DNA of 60,715 nucleotides, filler included, from Stramenopiles sp. TOSAG23-6 (Eukaryota): assembly GCA_900128565.1 (NCBI GenBank). It is 15 parts of 15 records of this genome, joined end to end, with 100 filler letters (N's around TTAATTAATTAA, not from the genome) between each part and the next. Parts side by side here need not be neighbours in the genome. Positions count along the whole stretch, not along the records: positions 1 to 3,971 come from LT637308.1; positions 4,072 to 8,033 come from LT637309.1; positions 8,134 to 12,094 come from LT637310.1; positions 12,195 to 16,154 come from LT637311.1; 11 more parts are not named here. One strand, given 5' to 3'. Position numbers and translations under genes: made by a program. Position 1 is the stretch's first letter; each line of letters opens with the position of its first letter. Below the pieces are notes generated by a model. It was given only the letters and a program-made list of their open reading frames with translations, made no database searches and was not told the DNA's origin. Below, piece by piece: positions 1 to 12,902 of this stretch.

Positions 1-3000
1 AATAGGCTTTACTTNAGAGTATATATATCGTGNAAGTGCNCGTATTGTACTATGCTCATATACAAGTGTTGCAGACATTTTCATTCCTGTTAAAGATCTT
101 AGCTTATTACGCAACTCAACTGAACCCAGAGAACCAAGACCCATGCTATCTAATGGAGAGTCGGGATCAATAGAAGTTGTAGATTCAGTTATATCATCAA
201 AAATAGATACTATATTCTTGACCAATTCAATTTCAGCATCATTTTCACTCATATTCAATAAGGAAGATATAAATTTATTGTTTTGTGCCTTACCTTTATT
301 GTTATCTTTTTTCGTACTTGATGATTCGATTTCTGTAACAAGATCTAAGTGCAAACGTAAATGTGTATTTGTTTTCTCGTAAAGGTTACTATGTAGCTCA
401 TGAAATTGAAAGTTTGACGCCGCAACTACACTTGGCGATAATTTCCCGGCTGACATAATATTCCAGAGTAGCTTTAGCCCTTCATCATTNGTCAATCCTC
501 TAAAACCTGTTCCATCAAAGTCGATATTCGATGCCATTCCAATATCTGCCCAAGGTCCCCACTGTATNCTTGTAGCACACATGCCNCCAAGTCGTAAACG
601 TGATGCAATATTATCCAGTTGAGCATTTGCTGCAGCGTAATTACTTTGTCCAATATTACCAAATAAAGCTGATGTTGAAGAAAAGAGAATAAAGAAACAC
701 GGCTTTAAATCAAGATCTGTGAAAACTTTTTCAAGGTTTTCAGCACCTTCTATCTTTGGCTTCCATACTTTGTAAAATCTATCAGATGTTTGATTCTCTA
801 TTTTACCATCATCAAGCACTCCAGCACAATGTAATACACCAGCAATATTCCCATACTGTTTAGTGATTCGTGCAAATGTGTGTTGCAATTTGCTATAATT
901 ACATATGTCACACACCACAATTTCAACTTTATCCCCATATGTATCACGAATTTCATTCCAAATATTTGTTATCTGAGGTTTTCCACTTCTTGAGAGTAAA
1001 ATTATATGAGATGCACCATGCATAAGTAACATTTTTGTAGTTGCTAAACCCAATGCACCAGTGCCACCAGTTATAATAACTGTATCCTCAGTCAATGATT
1101 TTTGAAATATTATTTCAAATGGTGTACTAAGTTGTACTACAATTTTACCAATTTGCTTAGCATTTCGCATATAGTCAAATGCCGTATGAATACTTTTCTT
1201 TGAGAAACATGTGGTTTTCAGTGGATGTAATTTGTTCAACTCAAAATTTTCATTTATTATCGAAAGTATCTCATTGCCGAATTCTGGGCGTTTTGAAAGA
1301 CGATCATCCAATGCTAATATGTTGTATGCTACATCGGGTCTTTCAATTTTCATTTTCTCCGAGCTCCATATATTTCGTTTCCCAATCTCTACAAAGCGAC
1401 CTCCTTTTTTCAAAACACTCAATGATGCAGATACAAAACCTTCACTGGTAAGACTATTTAGAATAACGTCTACCCCTTTTCCATTGGTTACTTTCATCAC
1501 ATCATTTGCAAATGATAAATCACGAGAATTAAATACAAAACTAGCTCCTTCAGATTTTACAAAAGTCCTCTTGTTTTTACTCGCAGTGCCAATAACGACA
1601 GCACCAAGTGATAGAGCTATTTGCATTGCTGCAAGACCTGTTCCACCCGATGCGGCGTGTATTAGAATATATTCTCCTTTCTTTAGTTTGGATAATTCAT
1701 GCAAAGCTACATATGCTGTTCCGAAACAAGTCGGGATTCCAGCTGCAGCTTCCCATGAGATGGAGTTTGGTATTTTTGCAAGTGATCTTGGATCTGCGAT
1801 ACAATGCGTTCTAAAGCTTCCAGGAATCCAGCCATACACATTATCACCTGGGCATAATGATGTTACATTAGTACCAGTGGCTACAACAACTCCAGATGCA
1901 TCACTTCCTACCATAATAGTTCCATCATTGTCTCTCTCGACGTCTCCAGGATACATACCAAGTGTCATCAGCACATCCCTAAAGTTCAATCCAACAGCAT
2001 GAATGCGTACAACGACATCATTAGGCTTCAAATTATGAAAAACAAACGAAGTTTTTGATAATTTCAATAAGTCTAATGGCATATCATCTGTGATTGATTC
2101 TAACTTTAAATCTGCTTCTGCAATTTGATCTTCGCCGATTGATTTTAAAGTAGCACATAAGCGTCTTCCATTTTGCAGAACACAGCTGATAGAGGAATTG
2201 TGTATTGCACGCGCAACAAGTTTCCCAGTCAATGTATGATCACTGTTGCTACTGATATCGAGACACGCAATATGAGCCCATGGCATTTCCATATCAGCGC
2301 ATTTCAACAATCCCCATAGACTAGATCCTCGCACATCATGAGAAGTTTTTTGCTCAAGTGATGATACTTCATTGACATCTTGAGTAAGTACAAATAGATC
2401 CGGTACCTTATTTCCAGAGGAATGTAAATTTTGAATACATTGTAGAATATCTAGAAGATATATAGTATCTTCAAATGATTGTGGATTTTGTGTAAGTGTT
2501 TTGCTATATATTACGGTATCGTATCCACGTAATAATTGCAAAGTATCTGTATTCGTTTTGTCATTGTCCATCATATCCGGGAAATCTTCGGTGTATTTTA
2601 CAGTACCTTTATGAGAAGTTATGACATTAACTTCATTTTCAAATGATTCGAATAGACAGTGATATCCAGATGATTGGATATCATCGCAAGNGTCGTTTTT
2701 TCTTGAACCGATAACGAGAACTTTTGTGATATTNTTTTCAGANTNAGAAACCGTTGANGGNATTNCNTCTTCTACCCANTCAACTTTCAANAGATTTNTN
2801 TNCATNTCATAAGTANTATCATCNTCANTGTTTNCANTNGNCAAACCTTTCAAAAGNTGCNTACTTACTGGTGCAGTTGAAAATGTTTCTAAATTCACAA
2901 TAGCCTTNCCNGATGAATCCCGTAATACCATCGAAGATATGCCGTTTGTAGATGGTACCATTTGACAAATCCATTGATCCGTATNATTATTNGNTANTTT

Positions 3001-3971
3001 ACCCAANANAGTCATTTTCTTGATATATCGAGGTACGTAGACTTCTATATTGTCGTGATCTTTGACTATATCTGATAAACTACGAATAATACTTGCATGT
3101 ANACANGCATCNAGTAATCCAGGATGTATNACATCATCNATTATGTCNCTTTGNATNGAATNTTTNTTTGACGACTGACCAAGTAATATTATTTGCTCAT
3201 TTGATTCTGATTTTGTCATAATTTCTTCCATCCATTGAAATGAAGGACCATATTGGAANCCTGCGATTTCAATANTTTTATACATATCAAGTTTATCACT
3301 AGATGATCTGACAAACCCTTCCTCTATGCAATTATCAATGCTTCTTTTAGGTATATTGGTATCATTCTTTTCTATTGAAATAATATATTGACATGAAAAA
3401 TGATCCGTCCATTCTATATTTTTCATGTCATCATTACTAACAATATGAATATATCCAAATTGTACAGTTGAATCCNCTTCGGNAAATGAAGGTGTTACAA
3501 TGATATTAATTTCNGTAGATCNACCAGATATATTAGTTTCTGGNATAACAAGAGCTTCTTTAAATTCAATGTCTTCAAGTTCACATACTGAATTGTTACC
3601 ATAGAGATTCTGCAATATTCCAAAGGCCGTGGATATATAATACATTCCAGGACAAACAGATATATCAAAAATACAGTGATCCGAAAATAACTTTCTCAAA
3701 TATTCGTCTACAGTTATTTTAAATATAACTTTTCCTGTGCTTAGTGGAATATTCAAANGAGTTCCAATTAATGGATGCTCATTTCNATGGACTACATTGG
3801 TANTNANTTCNTTCTTTTCATACCAATACNTTTGNCCGCTCAATACAGTAGTAGGTAAACGAACNCGCTTGGCTCCTTCGATTAGTTGATCCCATTNCAA
3901 AGNTACACCACTCACATGAAGCATTGCNGCTGTTTTACANATATTCTTCCAATCNTTTCCATCTNTCTTCA
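1..3971 (-). CDS. Type I polyketide/fatty-acid synthase fragment (post-AT linker, DH, ER, KR, ACP), intronless, open at both contig ends
   Basis: Manual minus-strand translation: post-AT 'LHVSGV..W..LPTT', DH 'HPLIG...SDHCIFDISVCPG', ER 'VRIHAVGLNFRDVLMTLGMYPG', KR 'VIITGGTGALGL...YAAANAQLD', ACP 'DSPLDSMGLGSLGSVELRNKL'. Absent from the ORF track, probably because it is open at both ends. Confidence 0.9.
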
Positions 3972-4015
3972 NNNNNNNNNNNNNNNNNNNNNNNNNNNNN
4001 NNNNNNNNNNNNNNN

Positions 4016-4027
4016 TTAATTAATTAA
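4016..4027. other. Artificial contig linker N-TTAATTAATTAA-N (stops in six frames); first of 14
   Basis: Same 12-mer between N runs at about 4016, 8078, 12139, 16199, 20259, 24319, 28378, 32437, 36493, 40546, 44595, 48644, 52685, 56725; contig length decreases slowly (size-sorted). Confidence 0.97.
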
Positions 4028-4070
4028 NNNNNNNNNNNNNNNNNNNNNNNNNNNNNNNNNNNNNNNNNNN

Positions 4071-4180
4071 NTTTACTACAAGATTATCATCATTTACTAC
4101 AAGATCATCATCATTTACTACAAGATCATCATCATTTACTACAAGATTATCCTCATTTACTACAAGATCATCATTTACTA
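4071..4180 (-). repeat. 21-bp coding tandem repeat (DDLVVND)
   Basis: About 5 copies of tttactacaagatcatcatca. Confidence 0.85.
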
Positions 4181-6211
4181 TGATACTTTCATTTGTAGTC
4201 GTAACATGTAAAGCATGAGATTCATTCTCAAGTATTTTATCGGGCCTACTTTGACACAATTCCTTCCATGTAATCATACCATCATCATTAATATCATACG
4301 AGTCAAATAAAACACGCATCTCATCTTGAGAAGGAATTGGTCGTACACCCATGTGTTTTGGAAAAATATTTCAATTTTTTTTTTCAATTTGTTAGGTACA
4401 AAATTTCGTACGAAAAAAAAATTGGAATTCGAAAAAAAAAAATAAAACATACATCATAGCTATACCTCGACTAAATTCATTAAACACAAGTTTATTATTA
4501 CGATTTTTATCAGCTGCAAAAAATAATTGACTATCCGTGACACAACGCCGGCGAAGTTGCTTTTGTATTTTAATAAGTTCTGGTGTTGCAAAATTGTTTG
4601 TACTTGAAGAGAATTTTGACTTTTTTTTTGTTTTTTTTTTTATACTTTTTTCCTTTTGGTGTACGGAAAAATGAAATTTTTTATTGAATTCATTTTCATG
4701 ATTACTTTCGTCATTTTTCATTACTTTTTGATTAGAGTTATTCTTTGTTTCATCTATAATTTCTTTATCATTTTTGATAGTTTGCTTATTAGATTCATCT
4801 ATATATTCTCTGGATTCAGAAAACAAAGGATATTTGGTCATATTGATTAGAGCATCATTATTTTGTTGAGTAAAGGATGGATAGCTTCTTATAAGAGATG
4901 GATTCACTCCAAATTCTTGATCTCCATCATCATATATTATATCATATACATTGTTACCATGGACATCAGCAATGAGCCCGAGATACCATTCATGTTTTGT
5001 GATTTTTTTTAAAGTAAAAAAAATCATTAGGTACAAAATTTCGTATAAAAAAACTAAATTTGAAATGAATGATGAAAACGTACATGACCACCGCCATATC
5101 TTGCTTCTATTCGTGAACCTACAGCAAAGTGTTTACAATCAATTATGACATCATTTTGCATAATTACTTTTTCTATTTTCTCTATTTTGCCACTACTTTT
5201 ATTTTTAGACCACCAAGTATTGTAAAAAATATTTCAAAAATTTGATTTTTTTTTTAGGTATGAAATTTTGTAGCAAAAAAAAAAAAAATTCGAAATTAAA
5301 GTGGACAACGTACAAAATGCATCCTCTTTGTCAAATCCAATATTACTTTTACTTTCATGCTTTCTGCGGGATGCTGGACTTGTAGGTTTTGCCGTACGAA
5401 AACGTTCAATCAAAGTCGCTATTGTATTTCCTTTTCGCATGGTTTCATGTTTTATAGATTTCGTGTTTTTATTTTCTTTTTGAGACATTTTTATTCTTGC
5501 TGACCGAGCCAATGCTGCTGTACCTGGTCTGACAGCAATACTATTCTGTCTATTAACTGGACGATATGTCTGATTCTTCTTATTATTTTGAAATTGTTTT
5601 GCTGAAGCTCTTCCTGGAACAAGATACATTGACTCAATTTGTTTTTGAAGAGGGAGTGAAATCCAATCAGCTCCAGTTACCTCAGTTTGATTTGAAGCAT
5701 ATTGTGCTCTTGGTACAAATGTACTTTCATAGCTTGGTTTAGTTTTTTTAACGTGTTGTATATGATCCTGTTTTGTATTTGTTTCACCTGGAAAAGACAC
5801 AGGAAAATGCTTTTTTTTCGTATTACACTTTGTACGTAAAGAATGTTGAATTTGATTTTGTTTGACAAAAGTATTTTGAAGTGTACTATCACCATGTATT
5901 TTAGATTCAATGTTTTGAGTAATTTCTTCTACATTTTCCGTATTACTATCAGTATCACTATTGATGTCAGTAGAGTATCCTCGCTTTATTCCTCCCGAAA
6001 AAGTTTGTGTAAGACCATCCACTCGAAAAAAACCACCACTAGGATTTGTTGGACTTCGAGGAGGAGCAAGTACTCTAGCCCAAACTGGAGTTCTAGACTG
6101 TGCACGAGAACCTCGCGCAAAGCTTCTCTGGCGAGCAATAGTCGTTGGTATATCTCGTTTTAGTATATTCTGACTTGGTGGTTCTTGTGACGGAAATTTT
6201 ACAACGTGCAT
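4071..6211 (-). CDS. Multi-exon protein with Tudor-like domain and EF-hands, 3' truncated
   Basis: Removing introns 5215-5313, 4992-5083, 4351-4452 joins 'ARYGGGHEWYLGLIADVHGNNVYDIIYDDGDQE', 'ADKNRNNKLVFNEF...GIAMMGVRP' and 'YDINDDGMITWKEL'. Confidence 0.7.
5215..5313 (-). mobile_element. Introner-like intron, GT...TT, preceded by exon TT
   Basis: TT|GTACGTTG...ACAATAC-TT|; splicing gives DAFWWSK in frame. Confidence 0.7.
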
Positions 6212-6610
6212 TGTAGCCTTATAAGGTTGCGATGAATAAGATATAATACCCCACGAAATAAACGTATTAGTTTGAGCAATTGATTATCGAAATCTGTATA
6301 ACATTAAACATACCTAACAAGGAATAAATTGAGTGAATACCTTGGAGCCACGCTGTTTTGATTTGAAATTGTAATCTCGAAATCTAATCAAAGAGGATTA
6401 GAATTTTTAGAATTTTAGAAATTCTCTTTCATTCTCGGAAATCAAATCTAAATCTAAATCCCTTTCGAATTTTTTGAAAAAAATACTAAATTTCGTGCTT
6501 TTTTTCAAAGGTAGCAAATTCAAAGATTTGCTATAATTCATAGGTACCAGACTGTACAGTAGATATTTCGAGATTGATAGTGTAGCTTTTCTATTATAAA
6601 AGAGTAGACA

Positions 6611-7943
6611 ATGATGCGATCTGCCCTCTTGAGAGAGAGTGGTAGTGAAGAAAGTATTGTAGATAAATTACAAATTCGTTTATATACTAATCGATGGCAT
6701 ATGTTGGCGATATTTTCTTTCCTTACATTTTTAAATGCACTTCTCTGGATTACATTTGCACCAGTAAACGAATACGTAAGTTCAAAATATGCAGTAAGTA
6801 CGAGTAGTGTAAATATGCTAAGTCTTGCATTCATGATATTATATGGTCCTGGCACATATGTATCGTCGCTAATAATAAATATTTACGGGCTAAGATCAAA
6901 TATTGTTATTGGTGCTATTCTCATGGCTGTAGGCTCTTGGTTACGATATATTAGTTCAACAGACCTGCTATCTTTACGAATTGGACCGACAGCATCATTC
7001 GGAATTTTACTTACTGGACAAGTCATGGCTGCATTTGCCCAGCCGTTTTTTACAAATACACCTGCAAAACTAGCGGGTGAGTGGTTTTCAATAAATGAGC
7101 GAGACATTGCAACAGTTTTAGCTTCAATGTTTAATTGTCTTGGAAATGTTTCAGGTCAATTGTTTCCTGCAATAGTAGTTGGTTGTGCCGATAGTACAGC
7201 TACAGATGCATCTTCTTGTCCAGGTAATATGATCAAAGGATTATCCATTATTTTACTTATTCAAGCTATATGTTGTTCTTTTGCATTACTTTGGAGTTTG
7301 TGTTGTTTTAAAGACCTTCCTATATTACCCCCTAGCATATCAGCGTTGCAAAGACGCGCAGTTCGTATTCGAAATGACAATGTACAGGTAATAACGTCTC
7401 CTGTAGACATTGATGAGATGATAACTAACGAACAAGGATTATCATCACCAATCCCTGGAACCAATAGACAACTGCTTGTGCGTCAAGCTTCATTTACGAT
7501 ATATAATGAAATTCGGTCTCTATTTCGAAATTGTGAATTTTTAAAGTTATTAGTTAGTTTTGGTTTGGGTCTTGGTATTTTCAATGCATTTTTAACAATG
7601 CTTGAACAAATAATTCGCCCAGTTTATTTTACTGTAGATAGTCAAGGTAGTCATGTGCTGACAAGAGGAGATGAAGCTGCTGCTGCTACAGATGCTGGGA
7701 TATATGGAGGTGTCTTTATAGGAACTGGCCTTGTCGGCGCAATTCTTGCTGGGTTCGTAATGGATAAGACTCATAAATATAGACAAGTAATTAAGACTGG
7801 ATTTATTGCGACGTTTGTTGCCGTCTTACTCCTTTTTGCAAACGTAAAGCCTGGTAATAAGATTATACTTAAAGTTTGTTTTGGTGTTTTAGGCTTTTCA
7901 ATGTTACCCATGTTACCAGTATCTTTAGAATGCGCTGTAGAAT
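6611..7943 (+). CDS. MFS transporter, FLVCR/SLC49 family, 3' truncated at intron 7944
   Basis: 'LYTNRWHML..FLNALLWITFAP', 'GQVMAAFAQPF..PAKLAGEWF..ER..AT', many TM segments, 'LECAVEC'. Confidence 0.88.
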
Positions 7944-8219
7944 GTATGTTTTATTTTTTTTCAAATTCGAAGTTTTGTTTTCGTACGAAATTTTGTACCT
8001 AACGATTTTTTTTTTGAAATATTTTTCCAAAATNNNNNNNNNNNNNNNNNNNNNNNNNNNNNNNNNNNNNNNNNNNNTTAATTAATTAANNNNNNNNNNN
8101 NNNNNNNNNNNNNNNNNNNNNNNNNNNNNNNNNAAAATATTTCAAAATAAAATCGTTAGGTACAAAATTTCGTACGAAAAATAAATTCGATTTTTTTGTT
8201 AAAAAAAAATAAAACATAC

Positions 8220-9128
8220 ATATCCATCAGGTCCAAATCCAACTGAAATGTTTGTTTCTGGACGCTCATCATCAGGAGTACCTAATCTTGCAACATCGGA
8301 TTTCAAATTATTGTTATCATTTAAATTTAACCATTCTTCGTTCATTTGATTCATGTAGCGCTGTACATGGCCATTTCTTCTTTCTAAAACAGTCTTTTTG
8401 TCTATTATTTCATTATCACCAATATTCCCAGTAGCATTTTCGTCTTCACTGCTACTACTCAAACTATTGACATTTATACGAATACGCATGCTTCGATCAC
8501 GTCTAGAGTCTATTCCCACTGAAATACCATTTTTTTGTAGTCCGGTCCATGTAGATCTATCTTCTGATACAGATTCTCTCTCTAAAGAGCGGGTTTTCTG
8601 CATTACTTGTCTGTGACGAGTATTATTAACTATTTGTGTTTTGTGAAGTAATTTCGTCTCTTCAGAAAAAGCTTCTTTTAGATCATTTTCTCTATTTATT
8701 TTGTCCAATACACGTAACTGTTTTGCCTTCCTCTCTTTTAGCTGACGTGCAAGCTCACTTTCACGGAAAGCACGGATAGATTCGATGAAAATATCGTAAT
8801 CGATTCTTCCAGGGTTAGAAGGATCTTCTAAGACTTCACATATATCCTGACGTTTTTTTCTATTTATACCAAGTTTAAGCCCTATAATGCCCAAAGCAAA
8901 ATCATTTGTTGGCAAACGTCCAAGTCCACGTTCATCATTGGCCTGAAACTTATCCCACATCATTGATAAGTCTGACGCCCCGGACTTTCCCATTAGAGTT
9001 TCTTGGACAGATTCAGCACAAGAAGAAAAGATTCTTACAACTGACTGGATCTGTCTCAGCACCATCCGATCATACTCTGATGTTACATCGTCCAACCCCA
9101 TGGTTTCACCCATAGCTGCATCAACCAT
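8220..9128 (-). CDS. Hypothetical EF-hand-like/coiled-coil protein, exon 1
   Basis: 309 aa ORF with 'DPSNPGRIDYDIF'; runs into intron donor at 8219. Confidence 0.6.
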
Positions 9129-9324
9129 GTGAATTCTCCTTTCGAGAATTTCGGCAACCTTCCCTTTCTTAATACATAAATAAATTGACCGCGAAACCGT
9201 TGTCGTTGTTAGTTCTACAGTTACACATTGAAAAGATAGCGAATCAACTAAGAAAAGAAGCCTTTATTTTTCATTATTTTTCATTATTTTTTTCTTTTGT
9301 TTAACCCAAACATTGTCCGTGTAG

Positions 9325-11116
9325 ATGAGTCATCTTGTTACCCCTGATGAGCAAGACTTTGGAATCTATTTGCAGCTTGTGGAAGAAACTGTTACCTTAC
9401 AGGCTCATGCTTTAGGTATTGATGGTAGCATATCACCTTCACGATCTCAAGTCAGTCCCACGGGTGAAAGCTTAACAAGACGCTCTATGAGTAATAGTGT
9501 ATCAAAAAAGAAGGCAAAAACACAAAAAAATGGTCGACGAGGTTCTAGTAGTAGCCGCAGTCCGAAAAAGGGAGGCCGTAAGAATGGTGTTCTTCGTCTT
9601 TCACATACTGAAAAGATGGTTCAGAGTAAGTATAAAGTATTTTTTGAAGTGTTGCGTTTAGAAAAAAATGCAGAACTTCGTCGCCAGCGTAACATAGCAA
9701 AGTGCGATCCAAATCACGTTAAATCAATGGTTCGTAAAATGGAGAAAGCTCGCGCTATAGCGAGAAAAGAAGTTCAAAAATGTTTACTACAATTAGGAGG
9801 TCAGGGTCAAACCACAACGAACACTGAGAAGCAGCAAATGCGTAATCAAATGTTGGCAACAATGCCCGATTACACAAAGCATGACTTATTGAACGATTGT
9901 ATGAATCAAGAGCACCCAATACTTAAAGTGAGTTATTCTGCCTTATCGCGTAGCTATACCCAAATATGGAAATGTCTCAATGACTGGTTATACAGCAATA
10001 TCAAAGAGGGTCGAGGCGTATTTATGTATGTTTTATTTTTTTTTTAACAAAAAAATCGAATTTATTTTTTATACGAAATTTTGTACCTAACAAATTTAAG
10101 TTTTTTTTTTTTGAAATATTTTCCCAAAATACATACCAATGTTTGCTACTATAGGTTGGTATTGGCCACGCAAACAATCACCAGCAATGAGTCTAACAAA
10201 TAAAAGTAGTACACATAAAATAGATTCAAAAACTGGAAATGATACGAAAAGTAACAAGGAAACTATATTACTTTCCGAGCCCTTGTTTTTCCTCAGTGAG
10301 AGATTTGCATCGAGATTAGAAATGAAGGAGCCAGTGCAACCTTCTGGTAGTTTTTGTGAAGATATTTTAACGATGGCACCTTCGACACTTAAAAGCTATT
10401 GTCCAGATACTCTCTCACCAGATCAAGTGTATGCAGGTGCTCTTGATATTTTTACATGTATGACAAAAGTAATGCTCATTGGTCGTAGAATTGTTCTAGA
10501 TTTTAGTGTTGGTACTCTCAAAGCTAAAATAGGATCTAGAAAGAAAAACGTAATATTCGATTTTAAGGATGATATCAAGGACATGGCCCCAAAGCGTACC
10601 ATTCTATCGAGAAATGAACGTCGCAATCGTATACAGAAAAGTCTTTTAAGTAACCAAAATTTAACATACAGTTCAAAGCCTAAAAGTCCGGCAACGCTGA
10701 AGCAATTAGAAGCAAATGATGCGTTTCATCGCAAAGATTTTGACTCTTGTGTGAAAGGATACAAGGAAACTCTCAGAATGTTAAAGAAAAGAGGCCGTGA
10801 AAGATCTCAATTTATTGATGCGACTGAAAAGAAAATCGAAGGAAATAACAAATCAACTGATTTCAAATTGAGCGATACCGACATATCTGCTCAAAAAAGT
10901 TCAAAGATTGCTACAAGTAATCATAAAGTCAAAGTAATACATCGAGATGGTGATGGGTCACAAGAGATGGATGAGCTTGCAAAGGCAACAATGGGTCCTT
11001 TAAATCCTGAAAATTCACATGAAATTACAGTTCCCGGTCTCGGGACTTTAGAATTCGAACCAGGAGAACACAAAATGTTGATGGATCAGCTAGAAGACGA
11101 AATGAAAGCAATATAA
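9325..11116 (+). CDS. Two-exon protein, possibly CCDC81-like (HU-like domains)
   Basis: Intron 10026-10134 removal gives 'IWKCLNDWLYSNIKEGRGVFIPMFATIGW'; later 'PLFFLSERF' and 'LDFSVGTL'. Confidence 0.5.
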
Positions 11117-11287
11117 AAAAATATTTCAAAAAAAAAAATTGAAAAATTTGTTAGGTACAAAATTTTTATAAAAAAAAACATCGAATTTGAAAAAAATGTT
11201 GATGGTTTTCAGATTAGCTAGAAAAACCAAAAAAACAAAAAAAATACAATATAAAAACGTTTACTAATGAAAATTTATTATTATTTA

Positions 11288-12032
11288 CTACAATTTATGT
11301 GTACCTTTTTCTGCCGAGACATGAATCGCTTTACTTCCTTCATTAACTTCACTGGCGCATGTATTTTGGAAAAATATTTCAAAAAATCTAAAAAAAATTG
11401 TTAGGTACAATATTTCGTACGAAAAATAAATTCGAAATTTAAAAAAAAAAATATACATCTTCTGGAATATTATGTCCACAATCTCTAAATACACTCATTT
11501 CGAATACACCTTGCATCTGGGCAACTGTTAGTGGAGTATCTAATCGATCTACACCCGCAATGACTAATAAGATAGGAATACGATATTTGTTTTTTACTAT
11601 TTGTCTATTAGTTGCAGTATCGGAAATTTTCTCTGAAATTGGAATTCCAGTCGCTACAGATATGAATAAGCTTGATAAATTATCATACCATGGATTATGA
11701 AAAAATATTTCAAAAAAAATCGTTAGGTACAAAATTTCGTACGAAAAATAAATAAATAAATCCGAAATTGAAATTGAAATGAAAACGTGCATCCATGCCA
11801 GTATTTTTTTGTGCTTAACAGTGGTGTTTTCCATTCAAATCTAATCATTTTATCTTTATCCGAGGTTGGAGGTGGCACAAAAGGTGGAGGTGGCATTAAA
11901 ATATTCGATGGTATCGGAGTTGTCGTTGAGATTGATGCCTTTCTACTATCATTTATCTCAACCTGACGCAGTTGAGCGGGAACAGATACTCTTGCACTAG
12001 CAACATTCTTTACAAATCCATTCGATAAACTC
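11288..12032 (-). CDS. PPME1: Protein phosphatase methylesterase 1, C-terminal exons
   Basis: Spliced: 'SARVSVPAQL...KYWHGWYDNLSSLF...LVIAGVDRLDTPLTVAQMQGVF...CGHNIPEDAPVKL'; introns 11690-11790 (GC donor) and 11359-11456. Confidence 0.9.
11690..11790 (-). mobile_element. Introner-like intron, GC...AT
   Basis: AT|GCACGTTTT...CATAATCC-AT|; restores PPME1 'YWHGWY'. Confidence 0.8.
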
Positions 12033-12194
12033 ATGCATTGTAAAAAAAATTAAATTCGAAATTTGTTAGGTACAAAATTTCGTACGAAAAAAAANNNNNN
12101 NNNNNNNNNNNNNNNNNNNNNNNNNNNNNNNNNNNNNNTTAATTAATTAANNNNNNNNNNNNNNNNNNNNNNNNNNNNNNNNNNNNNNNNNNNN

Positions 12195-12249
12195 TAAGCC
12201 TGCAGACGGGACATCACGAAGCAACGTGACATACCATCCTCGGTAAAGG
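12195..12249. repeat. 55-bp direct repeat identical to contig end 16100-16154
   Basis: taagcctgcagacggg...cggtaaagg at both ends of the same contig. Confidence 0.97.
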
Positions 12250-12902
12250 CCACGGATTCCACCATTTCTTAATACTTGCTGTGCACAATGAAAAGAGCTC
12301 TTAAACTTTGATGTCTGAACACTTCCAGTCTGTACTTGCATTTGAATTTTAACAAAGTCACACGGTGTGGTTACGAGAGTTGTCATAAAACCTGCCACAA
12401 GTCCAGCTGTAGTTTGTTTTATAAGACTGTTTGAACTACTCATTGATTCCGATGACCCATATTTTGATAAAAAATTATTTATAATTGGCATTGAACCATT
12501 GTATGAAGCAAATAAAACAGCTTGATATGCTCCGATTCCACATAGTGGAGCAGATAAACCACGCCAAAATGATCGAAACCCCTCATTTTTCAACATTGAC
12601 GAAACGCATTGCCGAGTACTTGGAGAAAAATTTGATCGCGTAGTATCCTGTAGACGAGTCTTTACAACGTCTATGGGATGTCCNGCGATGCAACCTGTGG
12701 CACCCGCTAAAGACCCTGCGATTAAATCGAGTAAAACAACTTTGGCTGTTTCTGTGGGTTCTGCGATTTCTCGGGAGGTTTCTCTTTGTTGCTTTAGATT
12801 TGGACTGCCATGTTCGCGGCATGTGTTTGATGTTGAAGAAATTCCGTAAGTTTTTGATTGCATGCAATTGCGTATGTGTGTTTTTATGTCACAATGCCGC
12901 AA
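12195..12902 (-). CDS. Mitochondrial carrier (SLC25, carnitine/basic amino-acid carrier-like), N-terminal part
   Basis: 'GHPIDVVKTRLQ', 'TPCDFVKIQMQ', 'GLYRG..TLLRDVPS'; continues at 15701-16154 through a 55-bp terminal overlap. Confidence 0.92.

Noticed and set aside
1211-2002. 263 aa plus-strand ORF
   Set aside because: Antisense shadow of the PKS ER domain.
4016-4027. Periodic TTAATTAATTAA as a biological repeat
   Set aside because: Assembly linker flanked by N runs.
4392-4452. Recurrent peptides 'FFFRTKFCT', 'SYEILYLT', 'VRNFVPN', 'KYFSKIH' as a shared protein domain
   Set aside because: They are the three-frame translations of the unspliced intron.
7979-8005. CRISPR-like or regulatory direct repeat TTCGTACGAAATTTTGTACCTAAC
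   Set aside because: Dispersed, irregularly spaced, inside eukaryotic genes; no spacer array or cas genes.
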